Shown here: positions 24,159 through 36,299 of the stretch, in pieces
Layout: every line of letters starts with the position of its first letter
Position numbering within the stretch: the first letter of the stretch is position 1
Origin: Tubiluchus corallicola
Lineage: Eukaryota > Animalia > Priapulida
Assembly: GCA_030141605.1 (NCBI GenBank)
Contig: JAQGDQ010000033.1
Coordinates: 248,001 to 312,000 of the forward strand
DNA length: 64,000 nucleotides
Reading direction: 5' to 3'
Translations under genes and position numbers: made by a program
The notes under the pieces: generated by a model
The model's database searches: none
Told to the model about the DNA's origin: nothing
What the model saw: only the letters and a program-made list of their open reading frames with translations

Positions 24159-26030
24159 AGGGATACTAAAGTGTAAAACAACATAAATTTAGAACATTTG
24201 CTGTGCCTTACTAAAGCAATTTCATCAACAATTTTTAAACAATTTTTATGTTCAAATATTCCCGCTTTCACCATGTGATTGGATCTCGTAAGTGCTACGC
24301 CATCCTTGGTACATTTCTTCCCATGACGCACAAGTTATGACGTCATCTTGTTCTCGTGTGTTTAGCCTGTGCAATTAAATACTAGTACATGCAGAAAAGT
24401 AGCGTAGTTTCTCACTGTTTATAGGGCACAATGTCTGAACTGACTGCTAAAAATCGATACATACGTAAGCAGCAGGCTAGCACAGTAAGTAATAAAATTA
24501 TTTTACCAAATTTTAAACATTGCGCATGTAAAGTTTTTGATTTTCTTTGTTGGGATTCATACTTTTTTCCATTTTAGCTGTTAACACTGGCCTGTAACAA
24601 CATTCATACAGTTTTTTGTCAGGTATAAATGTAAACAAATTGCTTCCGTATTTGTCAACAGTATTTAGTTGGGTTTATTACATGAAATTCATAAAGACAT
24701 TTATGGAAGAATGTACCCTCATTACGCTACTCTCGGCACTCCAATTTCCTAGTTTTTGCATGCACAACAGAAAGTAGTAGCCGACTGGCCAATATTCATT
24801 TATTTTTAGGAAAATAATACGATGATTGAATGTGAGAAATGTGAATGTGACGTGAAATTTAAAAAATAGAGAGAAAAATCATGTATTTTCAATAAATCAA
24901 GCTTATTGGCACAAAATAACTGAAATTTATTAAAATTGTAATGATCATCCTTTATCTGCTGATCTTAAATCATTTTAAACATTATATGTTGCTTCTCAGT
25001 CACATTGTGAAAGGTTTTGCATAGAGGGGGTAAAGGATGTAGAAGGGCACCCTACCATCCCTTCCCCAAACTTTCACTTAGGGAGCCCGGGGGTGATTTT
25101 CCTGCACTTAAGGTATTTTAGAGGCGGCTTAAAATGATGAAACATACTGTAGAATCTATGTTGCAGAATCATAAGTAAAGACAGTGCAAATAGCTAAAAA
25201 TAATTCGCATTTTCTGTATGGTTTTTCCTTTTTCATTTTTGTCCCTTCTTTATTTCTTCCTAATTTGGCGCCCTTACAGAAATGCAAGTGTGGAAATTGC
25301 CCATCTGCCTCCCCTGTCACAATGTCGCTGTTGCTTTTACATGAACTCTAAGTTACTAAACGGAAGTACCAGACTGCTAATAAATGTTTAGTCAATTAAT
25401 TAAATGAAAATTCATCTAAACTTTGGAGTTTGATGATGCATACATCTGACTGTGTGACAGGTTGCATTGTAGACTTCTACGATCATCAGGTGCCTCTCCT
25501 ATACTAGCAAAGTAAATTGCCAGTTGCAACAACAGTAAAAGTAATACACGGACGTTTTACAAAAAAAAACCTACAGAAACAGAGTATGTTAACGCTAATT
25601 AGCCTTGCACCTACATGATAGTTCCACAGGCCTACAGTGTACACATAGTTAACTACTGAATCAAACTCGTAACTATTTTGAGGCTGAGACTATATTATAA
25701 ATTACAAAACAACAAAACAACAACTATAAATTAGCTCTGTAAGCCAAACAACACAAGCAAATAATTCGATCAATTCGATAATGTATGAACGACTCAATGT
25801 GTGTTTCTGATCAGCTGTTAACACACACTTCTATACAGTATGCGCGGATGTGAGAGCAAGATGACATAATTTATGCGCAAACATGCCCACGGTTAGCTGC
25901 TTATTTTTCCGGTAAAAACAATGTATTATAGCTTCCGTGAAGGTTTTTGCATAATGGAATGTCACAATATGTCGATAATTTTTGACAACACATAAGTTAA
26001 ACTCAAGTTGTATTACAGTTTAGAATCCCT
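24159..26030. mobile_element. Non-autonomous Kolobok-like DNA transposon
   Basis: TTAA on both sides; TIRs agggatactaaagtgtaaaacaac / gttgtattacagtttagaatccct (AG..CT termini). Confidence 0.75.
24997..25330. mobile_element. hAT-type MITE nested in the Kolobok-like element
   Basis: TIRs cagtcacattgtga / tcacaatgtcgctg; 8-bp TSD ttgcttct / ttgctttt. Confidence 0.75.
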
Positions 26031-26297
26031 TTAAGATCATCAAAATGTAAAATGTTGCATGACGCTTAAAGAAACTGCCACAGCATAATTCAAGAATTAT
26101 TAATACCTAATAAATTTTACATGCATTAATAGCTGTATACATGTGGAACATAATTCATACTGTGTAGAAGGTACAAAAATCGAATAATCAAACTCCATAA
26201 TCCAAAACCGTGGGTCCCCTTAAAAAATCAATTTTTTTACTTATCATTAAAAATACAAAACAGAAAGGAATAGTATGATGAGTTAACTGCCACTAAC

Positions 26298-26453
26298 CTT
26301 CACTCCTGGTATATGAGTAAAGAAAGATTCTGGGCTTTGTGAATGATATACAGCACCATGACCTACAGCACCTGATGGTGAACGAATTGTCAACTTTCCA
26401 CAATCATATTCACCTCCAGATCTATATCTATACTTTGATGCTTCATTACAAAT
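26298..26453 (-). CDS. BCKDHB: BCKDHB exon 5
   Basis: [52 protein letters not shown]. Confidence 0.96.
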
Positions 26454-26771
26454 CTAAATAAAACATACACCCTTTTTAACACAAATCTTATAAACAGAAG
26501 AATTAAGATACAGTCAAGTTAAAAAACATTTAAAAAAGAAATTATTGTTCATGTACAAGGAAAAAAAATAAAAAAATGATAAAACTTGGTGCTAAAACTT
26601 TCTGAATGCCAGAAAAAACTTCTTAAAAATACACTATTATTATCATTTCCTTTTAATTAATACAATAAAAATTATTATAATTATAAGACTTATTGTTATT
26701 ATTATTATTATTACAGCAATAATAACAATAAGTCTTATAACTATAATAATTTAACAGATGTCTGTTAACAG

Positions 26772-26772
26772 A

Positions 26773-26844
<72 letters not shown>

Positions 26845-26852
26845 TATTATTA
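26772..26852. repeat. (TAT)n microsatellite
   Basis: About 27 near-perfect units; this explains the poly-Tyr ORF at 26758. Confidence 0.97.
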
Positions 26853-26904
26853 TATTTTATCACTACTTATATTTGCTAAGCCATGCACTCACCAATCACC
26901 ATAC

Positions 26905-27038
26905 CTGGTCAAAAGCTGGATATATATAATCTGCAAATTGCAATTCTGCAATAGCAGTTGCTCCAGCAACAGCTATACCTATTCCAAAACCGCCAATGCC
27001 TTGTTCACACAATGGGGTGTTAAAAACTCGATCCTTTC
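26905..27038 (-). CDS. BCKDHB: BCKDHB exon 4
   Basis: [44 protein letters not shown]. Confidence 0.96.
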
Positions 27039-27353
27039 CTATATAAAAAATGCAAAATATTTTAAACATTAAGATCATTTTTATGAATTCCTACAAATTT
27101 TGATTCATAAAAAAGGCAAAATTGTTACAATTTTTCCAATCATTGCCAAACAAAATTAGAATGAATGCAAAGTCTTCACAACTTAAATAATAATGAGCAA
27201 TACCTATAGTTTATAAAAACAATCAATTACTTTGATGCTTGTCAAAAACAAACAATAAAACTAAACAAAAATCGCGCGTAATCCAATGCTATTGTGGGAC
27301 TGAATAAATTAAAGTTATAAAAACTCAATAAATTTAGTAATTGGCATACTTTT

Positions 27354-27691
27354 ACCTCTGCCAAGGAAGTTATGTTTTCATCAGCATTGGTTTGTTAGTT
27401 TGTCTGTTAGTTCGTTATGTAGTTAACAAAATTACGCAAAAATGATTTCACTGATGCTTAGGAAACTTGCCGAAAAAGTGAGGCATGGGACAATGAATGT
27501 TGCTTTCAATTTAGGCAATCATCAATTGAGAATTGCAAAAAAATCATTTTTTTATTGATTACCTATAAGTTTGTATGACAAAATTCTGTGTGTCATCATA
27601 ATATCTGCGCAAAAATTGCAAGCACAACAATACAGCACCATAAAACACGCCATGTAAGAACAATCAAACTCTACTGAATCACATTCTAGTT
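27354..27691 (+). mobile_element. Helentron-associated (HINE/DINE-like) non-autonomous element
   Basis: Starts tacctctgccaaggaagttatgttttc, has a (gttt/gtta/gtct)n microsatellite, ends ctactgaatcacattctagtt in T-rich context; related copy at ~31503-31760. Confidence 0.55.
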
Positions 27692-27740
27692 AAAATGATG
27701 TATTTATTTTAACACAAAATGAAAAAACTGGAGTGATTTA

Positions 27741-28013
<273 letters not shown>

Positions 28014-28073
28014 TCAGATTATTAACTCAGTACATATTAAGCTGCTTGTAGCGAGTATGAAGTAGTGAATTAC

Positions 28074-28151
28074 CTGCCGTAGGGTCGGTGTCCAAAGCAA
28101 TGTCCATTGCATTTGTAAGAGCATTGCACAAATTCATTTGCTTTGTTTCAC
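28074..28151 (-). CDS. BCKDHB: BCKDHB exon 2
   Basis: ETKQMNLCNALTNAMDIALDTDPTA; AG/GT boundaries. Confidence 0.94.
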
Positions 28152-30345
28152 CTAAAAATAATAAATACTTCGAAATTTGTCTATCTACAGTCATTTTATT
28201 GTTTTAAGTTGCATGTCGTTCATTTGTTAATGTACTGCTATACACAGGCAACAGCAAAGTTAAGTTTAGTAGATTTTAATAAATAGATATTTTGATTTAT
28301 AATACCCTATTTAAGTTTTTCAAGACAGTCAGCCATCAATGGTAGCTATCCTTCATATTTTTTCTATGATATCTTTTTGTCTCACACAAAATTTCATTTT
28401 TGAAGAAACACATTTTAAATCTGAAGAGGCAATTCTGAAAATGCAAAAAAGGTCAAAAAAGTAGCACAAGGGATGCACACTACTCTGGATTGACCCAAGT
28501 TTGCCTATTACAATAGCTTTAGATAGCATTTATTTACCTTGACACGGACGCAATAGAGAATTTAATCTTATGTTTTGCTAACCCCATGAGAAACACCCCA
28601 AATTGAAACTATTGCAACTCATACTTAACATACCCTTTCTTGCAGAAGAATGCCAATCTCATTCATTCTCATACAAATTTATTCAAATTCTTGAACATAC
28701 GAATACACAAATCTCAGTTAATAACAAGTTTTATTAAGGGTCTGATAACACGCCAATCTGTTCTACTTGCCAACATTTTCTTTTGCCTTTCAAAATAATA
28801 ACTGAGTCTAACGTGCGTCAAATTTCATCGGCATAGGCACCATAAACAAAGTGTAACATTTACACCATAAACATTAACAGTTAACAATTTAATCATTTAC
28901 ACTATTACATTCATTTGTTCAGACTATTAATGTATTGTGTGTATATAAAACTATACATAAATAAAAAATAATCAGTTTGGTATGAACTGAACATTCTTGT
29001 AGGTAGTTTAGCAAGCTGAAAGCAAGCAACATAGTAATAGAGTGAGAATTTTAAAACTTCAAATTTCTGTTTATTTATTTCTTTTTAGTGTACTGTTTGG
29101 GACTCATAATGATAAATGGGTTGACAGTATAAATAATATATTTAGCAATTTGACACTTTTGGAGTGTGCCTGGAGTGTGTAACACTAGCCTGCTATCAAC
29201 ATAGGTATGAGCATTGTTTTCAACAAAATATAGCAAAACTGTAGTTATTATAAAAATATTAAAATTTATAAATACAGCATAATATTTTTTAGGCCAATTA
29301 TGGGATTCTATTGTTAAGAATAAAATTTAACATTTCCTAAGTCTAAATAACATACACTCCAGACTGTAAGAAATAACTATGCAGCAGCATTATTGTGTAC
29401 AAATAATACAACACTATACATAGTGATAGTGGTTTGTGATTAAATTGAGTAGGTTTTGGTTTTATGTTCTGAATGCAGATCTATGACTCATGATTTTCAG
29501 CTAAAGACTGACCCATTCATATACATACATATATATATATTGGAATGATCGTTCAATGCCAGTATAACATGTATACGTGTACTATTAATGATTGTAACCT
29601 AGATTAAGAGTTAATCTTCGGATAAAAGGAGGCATGTGGTGTCATAGATATTGCCGTTCAATATCAAAGTGAGTTTAGAAGGTTTCGGTTACTGTTAATG
29701 CCTGTCATCCCGAACGGAAGTTTCCAGAACTTGTAAACTTGATTAATAAAAGAGATTTTGGTTAAAAGGGTTTTAACCTACTTTACTTTGATGTGATTGT
29801 TAATCCACAAACACCATACATTGCACTTGTTAAACTTGGTGTCAAAAATGCTTGAGGCTCTGCATTTTTGCCAGGTTCCAGCCAGATTTAAAAATAATTG
29901 TAAAAATATAGAAATAACTGTACATAACTGAAGAAAATTGTGATAAAAAAATATTGTCTTTGTAAAAAAATTTTGAAAGAAAAGAAATAATTTTATCGAA
30001 ATTGGACTTTAGAAAGTTGCTACGATCCACCATGTCGCCAGATGTGATGCTTCTTTAAGTTGCAGCTCATAAAGGTAACATGAAACATGATGTGGTGGCC
30101 ATTTTAGATCACAATTAATTTCAGCACCTTCACCTAAATGACTCAAACCCTTTTGCAGCTGGGAAAGAGTTAGTTCTTCTCTCGATTAGCAGCAATACCA
30201 TTCCATTACTTTTACCTTATTCTCTTGGTACCCAGTTTTACAAGTTTTCTCAACAGTTATTTCAAGGGTATTTGCAAAATTAAAGTGCTACCTCAAGATG
30301 TGGCTGAAATGTAGTCCATACGATGAAGTATGATACAATGAGGTA

Positions 30346-32270
30346 CAGTAAGTCCTCGCTTATGACATTAATGCGCTACAGCAAAATCCACCGTTAAGCA
30401 AACCGTGGTTATATGAAACAATGCTTTCCATAAGAAACAATGTAACAGTATTCCCAGGGATAGGTCAATCACAAAAAATACTGATCCAATCTCGATTCTA
30501 ATTATTGCTGTTCACCCGACCCTGATATCCGATCATGCCCGAATTGCCGATTATTCCTGATGCCGATCCTTTTATAAGTTATTACAGCATGAGATACTAA
30601 ATCCCTATCTTAAAACTACAGTTTCGTTTGTTTGTTTATAACAATTTTAAATTTACATCTTTTCAGTTTGACAATTGTTGTTTGTGTGTTTGTTCTCAGC
30701 TTAATTGTCACTAGAAGTTCTTCAAATTAATTTAACTAGAAAAGTGGCTGATTCACTAACTAACCTACATGTTTTTGCCACCCTTTCTCAATACGCTTTC
30801 TTGTTGATATGCTGGTATTCTATTGAATGAGTACTGCACTTAAAAATTTTTCTTTTCTAAAAAATATAAGGAAAGTTAGACAATTATTTCAAAAAAGGAA
30901 AATGTCAAAGCAAGAATTTATATGCGAATTCAAACTAAATGTTGTGTGTGCAAACCAGCAACTACGTATTACAAGCATGAGAATCGTTTCAAAAAGCTGC
31001 TTTACTGTGAAGCTCCTAAACAAAGAGAACTGCAAGAAAAAGCAGACATTACTACAGCATACTACTGCATGTGATCAAAACTTTTAAGATGCGAAAGGTT
31101 GATCATAGTCTTGCCCATGGCATCTTTGTGTTTTAAAGTAATTAGTCTTAGCCACTGATTCTCATAGAAAATGGTGGTCTGGAAACTGCTAGTGCACGCC
31201 TGATAGCTCGACGACATGCCGATTCAATATTCAATGCGAGTGCAGCGAACAAAGTTACAGCACTTAAAGGCTGAAAAAATCCTTGATATGAAACATGCAT
31301 CTTTAAGTGAATAAGAGGTGTCAACAGATTAGCGACATTAAAGCGAAATGTTGTTAAGTGAGGCGGCATTAAGCCAGGTCTTATGAATGTAGGTAAAAAT
31401 AACACAGTTAAAAATAGCACAGGAAGAAATGGCACGCTTAGTAAAAAATGAGTGTTTGGGGTTAGGGTTACAGCAAGGGATAATTATTTTAGCTATTTTT
31501 AGGTCTACCAAGGAAGTTATGCTTCAACTCAGTTAGTTAGTTTGGTTTTTTGTCCGTTATGACAGTAAGCCTATTACGCAAAAACAATGTAACAGATTTC
31601 CAAGAAACTTTGCGAAGAAAGGCGGGCATAGGGTCCCAAATTGGGAATCTTTTCGCCAGTTTTTTTTTTGCAAACTTTACCAAACACCACGTACAAAAAA
31701 ACATTTGTGAAGCGTTTCGTGGAGGTCTGAAAGTGTTTAGTACTTATTTTTTGTTATCTCAACTATGAGTTACCTCTAGTTCCATTTCGAGAAATTCTCA
31801 CTTGTAAAACTGTGTAACGCTGTGTATAACCTTTGCTTATTGTGTATAGCCTTTAAGTGACTTAGTACTTATATATTTGCCAGTCTATAGCTATCGCTAG
31901 AATTAATGGTTAAAAGGTAGATAAACACTATGTGGAACATTTGTGCTTTATTGATTATAAATCTATTTAATTACAGGTACAAATTTTTGGAATGTTTGTT
32001 TCTTTATCTTTGTGTTAAATTTTTCTAGTTAAAATTTTCAGGCTAATAAGTTTAGGATTGTTCAGCTTTGGCAGACATCTGATTCCTACTGAATGCATTC
32101 TACTTTCTAGTTTTATAAATAATAAAAATCAGTCGCATCAAAACAAAATCTGTCCCATTTTTACCTACTTTTTTATTTTTGCTATTTTTCCCTGTGACAT
32201 TTTTACCGCGCCATTTTTCCTGTGCCATGTTTACCTGTGCCATTTTTATTGCGCCCCGGGACTTAATGTG
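30346..32270. mobile_element. Nested MITE cluster: Tigger-type MITE interrupted by an element with (ggtaaaaatggcaca)-type subterminal inverted repeats, itself holding a HINE-like copy
   Basis: Left TIR ta|cagtaagtcctcgctta at 30346; right TIR split as cattaagccagg (to 31378) + gacttaatgtg (~32260-32270); inverted arrays at 31390-31450 and 32155-32256. Confidence 0.55.
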
Positions 32271-32338
32271 CGCCACTAAAGCCTAAAGTAAAGGTGAGCA
32301 TAATGCAGAACGAAAAATTATTAACAATTGCAACTCAC

Positions 32339-32498
32339 CTTCAGAGGAAGGTGCAGTATCTGGAGTATAAGTAAAGGAGGATGACAGCCGAACAGTGCAC
32401 GAAGCAAGTTCATTTTTATTAACAGAATTAACTAAAAAACCATAGTTACAAAACGAATTTCTAGCAAGGCCACAAATTATCCTCACGGAAGATGCCAT
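32339..32498 (-). CDS. BCKDHB: BCKDHB exon 1 (mitochondrial presequence)
   Basis: aagATGG start; MASSVRIICGLARNSF...RLSSSFTYTPD is Ser/Arg-rich and acid-poor; gtgagt donor in phase with exon 2. Confidence 0.9.
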
Positions 32499-32660
32499 CT
32501 TGTTGTGAAATGCCCGACAAAGTTGGCGAACCGACAAATCTAGTGCACCCTGATACCACGCGCTTAATTTGTTGTTCCAGTGTTAGCGACATGGTAAGTT
32601 GATTCACGCGATTTTCAATTTCACAGCGACCTCTCTATGGGTTCTATCACAAAGCTATAA
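32499..32660. promoter_or_regulatory. BCKDHB promoter region, possibly bidirectional
   Basis: CpG-retaining patch directly upstream of the ATG; YY1-like AAGATGGC overlapping the start; plus-strand ATG|GTAAGT at 32591-32599. Confidence 0.5.
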
Positions 32661-33174
32661 AACTTGTACGCTGTCCCCACACACCATTTAGTACGGCATC
32701 CAAACCATTGTTTCGCTTTTCTTCCTTTCTGCATAGTTACAACTTTCAGAATTACTTCTGTAGTATATAGCTTTACAAATTTCTCCTAATGTCTTATGTG
32801 CTTTGATATCTAATCTATGTATGTCAGGTTCATCTGGCGTGATGTGTAAATTCTTCTCAAAACTCAGTAAGTTCTCAGTGCAAAGCACAAGAGCAGATAT
32901 GGATTTTTAAACAGGGGATTTTAATCATCATTATGATTTATAAGCCTTGGGTTTGTATGCACGCTCCTATAATATTTATTTCCATCCATTTCTTACTGTT
33001 CCACTTATACCTTGGCGTCTTTAAAGTGACTAACGTTAGAGAGCTTTCACTACGTTCATTTGAAGGAATGGCCAAGTTGGGTACTTATTTTATTGTTTAT
33101 GAAAAACGTTAAAAGGATTTAGTACTAAAAGTGTGATAAGCATCTCGTGTAATTAGCAAAATCACTTTACTTAA

Positions 33175-33843
33175 AAGTTATGATTATTCCACACTAACTG
33201 GACCCCAAACTATGTGTATTAAGATTACTACGAAACACGAGTTCCCCAACACGTTATAAACAGTTAAATCTGCCATTAATTACACTAATTGAGGGAGTAC
33301 AGTGCGTTGTGTTTGTCGGTGGAAATAATCGTCCACATTTGCTCTGTCTCTGTGTTAGATAGAGATATTGACGCATACAATATATACATATATTGATTAT
33401 TATTTATTAAAAGATTTTTCCGGAAGTAATATCAGCCAATGCATTTTATAGCATTCCACACAGGTTAAATCCACCTAAAACCATTGAGGTCACACATTTT
33501 TCATAATGCTCTAATATCTCATGTATATTTCCGATTTTTTTATAAGGATTGAACAATGTCCAATAAAATTTTCCACACTATTATCCGCTTGAAAGAGGCT
33601 TGTTTATTATTGTAAAATGTTTGTTTTTATGCAAATTTGAAGACACTGGTAACGAAATGTGTTACTTTGTCAGCATTATACGGCAATAAATTTGTTTCTG
33701 ATAAAATATTTCTGTAGCTTCAACACACTACGCGAGTTTACTGAAATTAAACATCTGAAGCCAGAGAAGTGGCGAACAGCAATTTCATAATGTTAAGAAG
33801 TGCAAGGAAGGCTGCTTACCGAATTCACCCATCCATCCATCCA

Positions 33844-33882
<39 letters not shown>

Positions 33883-34070
33883 ATGCAACTCTTCCCTTTA
33901 CACGCAACAAAACTGATTTGTTGAAACTTGTGTTGAGAGTATAAAAAATGCATTCCAGAAAATTTCCTGCATCTGCACAGCCTATATATCTATAGCCACG
34001 CCTCCATACTAAACATAACGCTCACGTGACCACCACCAACAATCCAAACTTGGCAAAATAGGGTGAGGCT
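33175..34070. repeat. Dispersed ~0.9-kb repeat, copy 1 (contains a (CCAT)n(CT)n microsatellite)
   Basis: Collinear blocks shared with 51830-52905: ggacccca..tgtgtatta; ctaattgagggagtac.gtgcgttgtgt; aaatatttctgta; cagcaatttcataatg; cttaccgaat; caaacttggcaaaataggg. Confidence 0.8.
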
Positions 34071-34773
34071 GGTTAAAGAATCCAAACCACACTTAGATTA
34101 GTTATAAGTGTATCACCTGGTACCACGTCACACGAGAGCATATGATGATGAAAACATAAGGCAATAACTTTTATAATCAAACTAAAGCGTCGCGATTTCT
34201 AACGACATTGGCAGTTATATGTAACACTATTTTTAAGAATGTAAGAAAATATTTTATTTTTATGTTGTGTTCTTTAATGTTCTAAAGTTGAGATTGTGTT
34301 AGCCTACTAAATAAAGGGATTATTACACCTTCCATTTTGCACTCAATAAATTCAATTCAATATCAGATCCCATGTCGCTTAAAGGTTTACAGCGGTGTTG
34401 TCATTCTTGTAAAATTAGTCGTGAACTAACAGATGCTAGGGCATCAATTACAGTGGTAGTCGCATCGATGGCGTGTTTAAGCAAAAAGTCATAAAGTGGA
34501 CAGCAGAAGGCGCTCCCAGAAGACGTAACCAATAACAACATATGCAAATTTTGTGCAAGGTGGATACGTGCAGACGAACTTTTTGAAAATTATTGAAGTA
34601 AACTAAATATAAAACATACAGTAAGCGTTAGATTTACGTATCTACCGAAATTTCCGAGGTAAACAAATCTGTTCAAATTACAGTACATTACATTCTAATC
34701 CTGTTCCACGTAGTGTTTTGGACACCATGTTTTTAGATTAGAGATTTTTCATGATAATCTTTTAACTCAAAGT

Positions 34774-35519
34774 CAGAGGCGTCGTGCCATAGGCCCCCCC
34801 CCAATTTTTTTAGAAAATGTCAAAAATTTGAAGGGTGTCAGCGGCTCGTAATGAGACCGGTAAGCAAATTTATTTCCGACTTTTTGACACGCAATAGCGG
34901 CCCAGCGCTCCATAAATGCGAACAGTATGAGCATGAGTATGTGTTTACCTGAAAGTCAGGATGTAATTAAATTGTTTGCATGTAATCTATTCAGGAGGCA
35001 GGCGGGAACAGTTAACGAACCAGCTCGTTCAGTAGCATTAGCGTCTTTGCACAAAAGACTGTTAGTTAACAAAACGGCTCAGTTAGCACTCGAGCTTCGT
35101 TCAGCAGTGTGTTACAATAGAGAATAAGTGAAATAATAGAGCAAAAACAATGCAAACATTGAAGTCATGTTGAGCTAGCCTAGTACCAGAGAGTCAGTTT
35201 GTCGAGCTAGCCTAGTACCAGAGAGTCGGTTTGGGAGATACAAACTGATGAGCCACGGCTCAGCCACCTCCTGATTGGACATTACCGACCCTTTGCTACT
35301 CCTTAGCGACTCTTTCCCACGAGTTTGCCGCATAAAAGGGCGTGATTTTGAGCACATTTCATCATTTCCGCAGAACAAAGAGTCAGGCACGACTGAGTGA
35401 CCTGATGATCCTTGCAGTTGAGGCTAAGAAAACAAAGAATATGAAGTCTGTGGTGAAGTTCCACCATTTTATACAGTCGCCCCCCCCTCCCAATTTTTTT
35501 TTGGTGCACGACGCCCCTG
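34774..35519 (+). mobile_element. Non-autonomous hAT DNA transposon, copy 2
   Basis: TIRs cagaggcgtcgtgc / gcacgacgcccctg; perfect 8-bp TSD ctcaaagt; hAT dimerisation-domain remnant SQARLSDLMILAVE. Confidence 0.9.
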
Positions 35520-35639
35520 CTCAAAGTGCAAGTTTTGCTACTAGAAATCACAGCTTCCTTGATTTAATGCGATGAATTGTCCTGAAAGAATAAATCTATG
35601 CATTGCTAAACAGGGATTCTCTAATAATACATTCATAAT

Positions 35640-36075
35640 AGAAAGATATATTGCTTATGGAAGGTGTACAAAGACGTGCTACAAGAATAATATTAGGTTG
35701 TAAAAATCTGACATATATCGAACGTTTAAAATATTGCAGTTTGACCACGCTTGAATTAAGAAGATACTGTGGAGATCTTATTGAAGTTTATAAAATATTA
35801 ACCTGAAAAGAAAACATTTTGCCTGAAAAATTCTTTAATTTAGTTGTTGATTCTAAAAGTAGAGGACATAATTTAAAACTGATTAAAAAGTCTTGACATT
35901 CATAAATATTCATTTTCTGTGAAAGTTGTGAATGAATGGAATAATCTGCCTGCCATGGTGATTGGCGCACCAACCACAGTAAAGTTTAAATCCTTATTCG
36001 ACAATTATTCTGCAAAAAAATATGGGGTTTCTATGAGTGTACTCGCTTAACCCCTAATCAAGACAGTATAACAGT
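35640..36075 (+). mobile_element. CR1-type LINE 3' fragment
   Basis: EGVQRRATRII, TYIERLKYCSLTTLELRRYCGDLIEVYKIL, SRGHNLKL. Confidence 0.8.
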
Positions 36076-36299
36076 AGTGACATGATTCTAGTATTTTTGT
36101 TTTAGTTGAATATGATTGTGAATATCATGCTGATACAAGTAATAGGCCATGGAGAGACAACAATAAAACTTCTCTACCTTAGAGATTTCTTTGCTAATTT
36201 TTTCTGGTGTGATGGAATGTCTAATTAATGCTGCCGGTCAAAGAATTTTTTCTATAGTGTATATAATGAAGCTGTTAGTGTTAACAAATTTGTCCCATT

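Noticed and set aside
26758-27072. Poly-tyrosine ORF
   Set aside because: Translation of a (TAT)n microsatellite plus the antisense strand of BCKDHB exon 4.
29670-29725. Hammerhead ribozyme on the minus strand (ggatga...gtaaccgaaa)
   Set aside because: The CUGANGA core and stem II pairing are not intact; at most a decayed relic.
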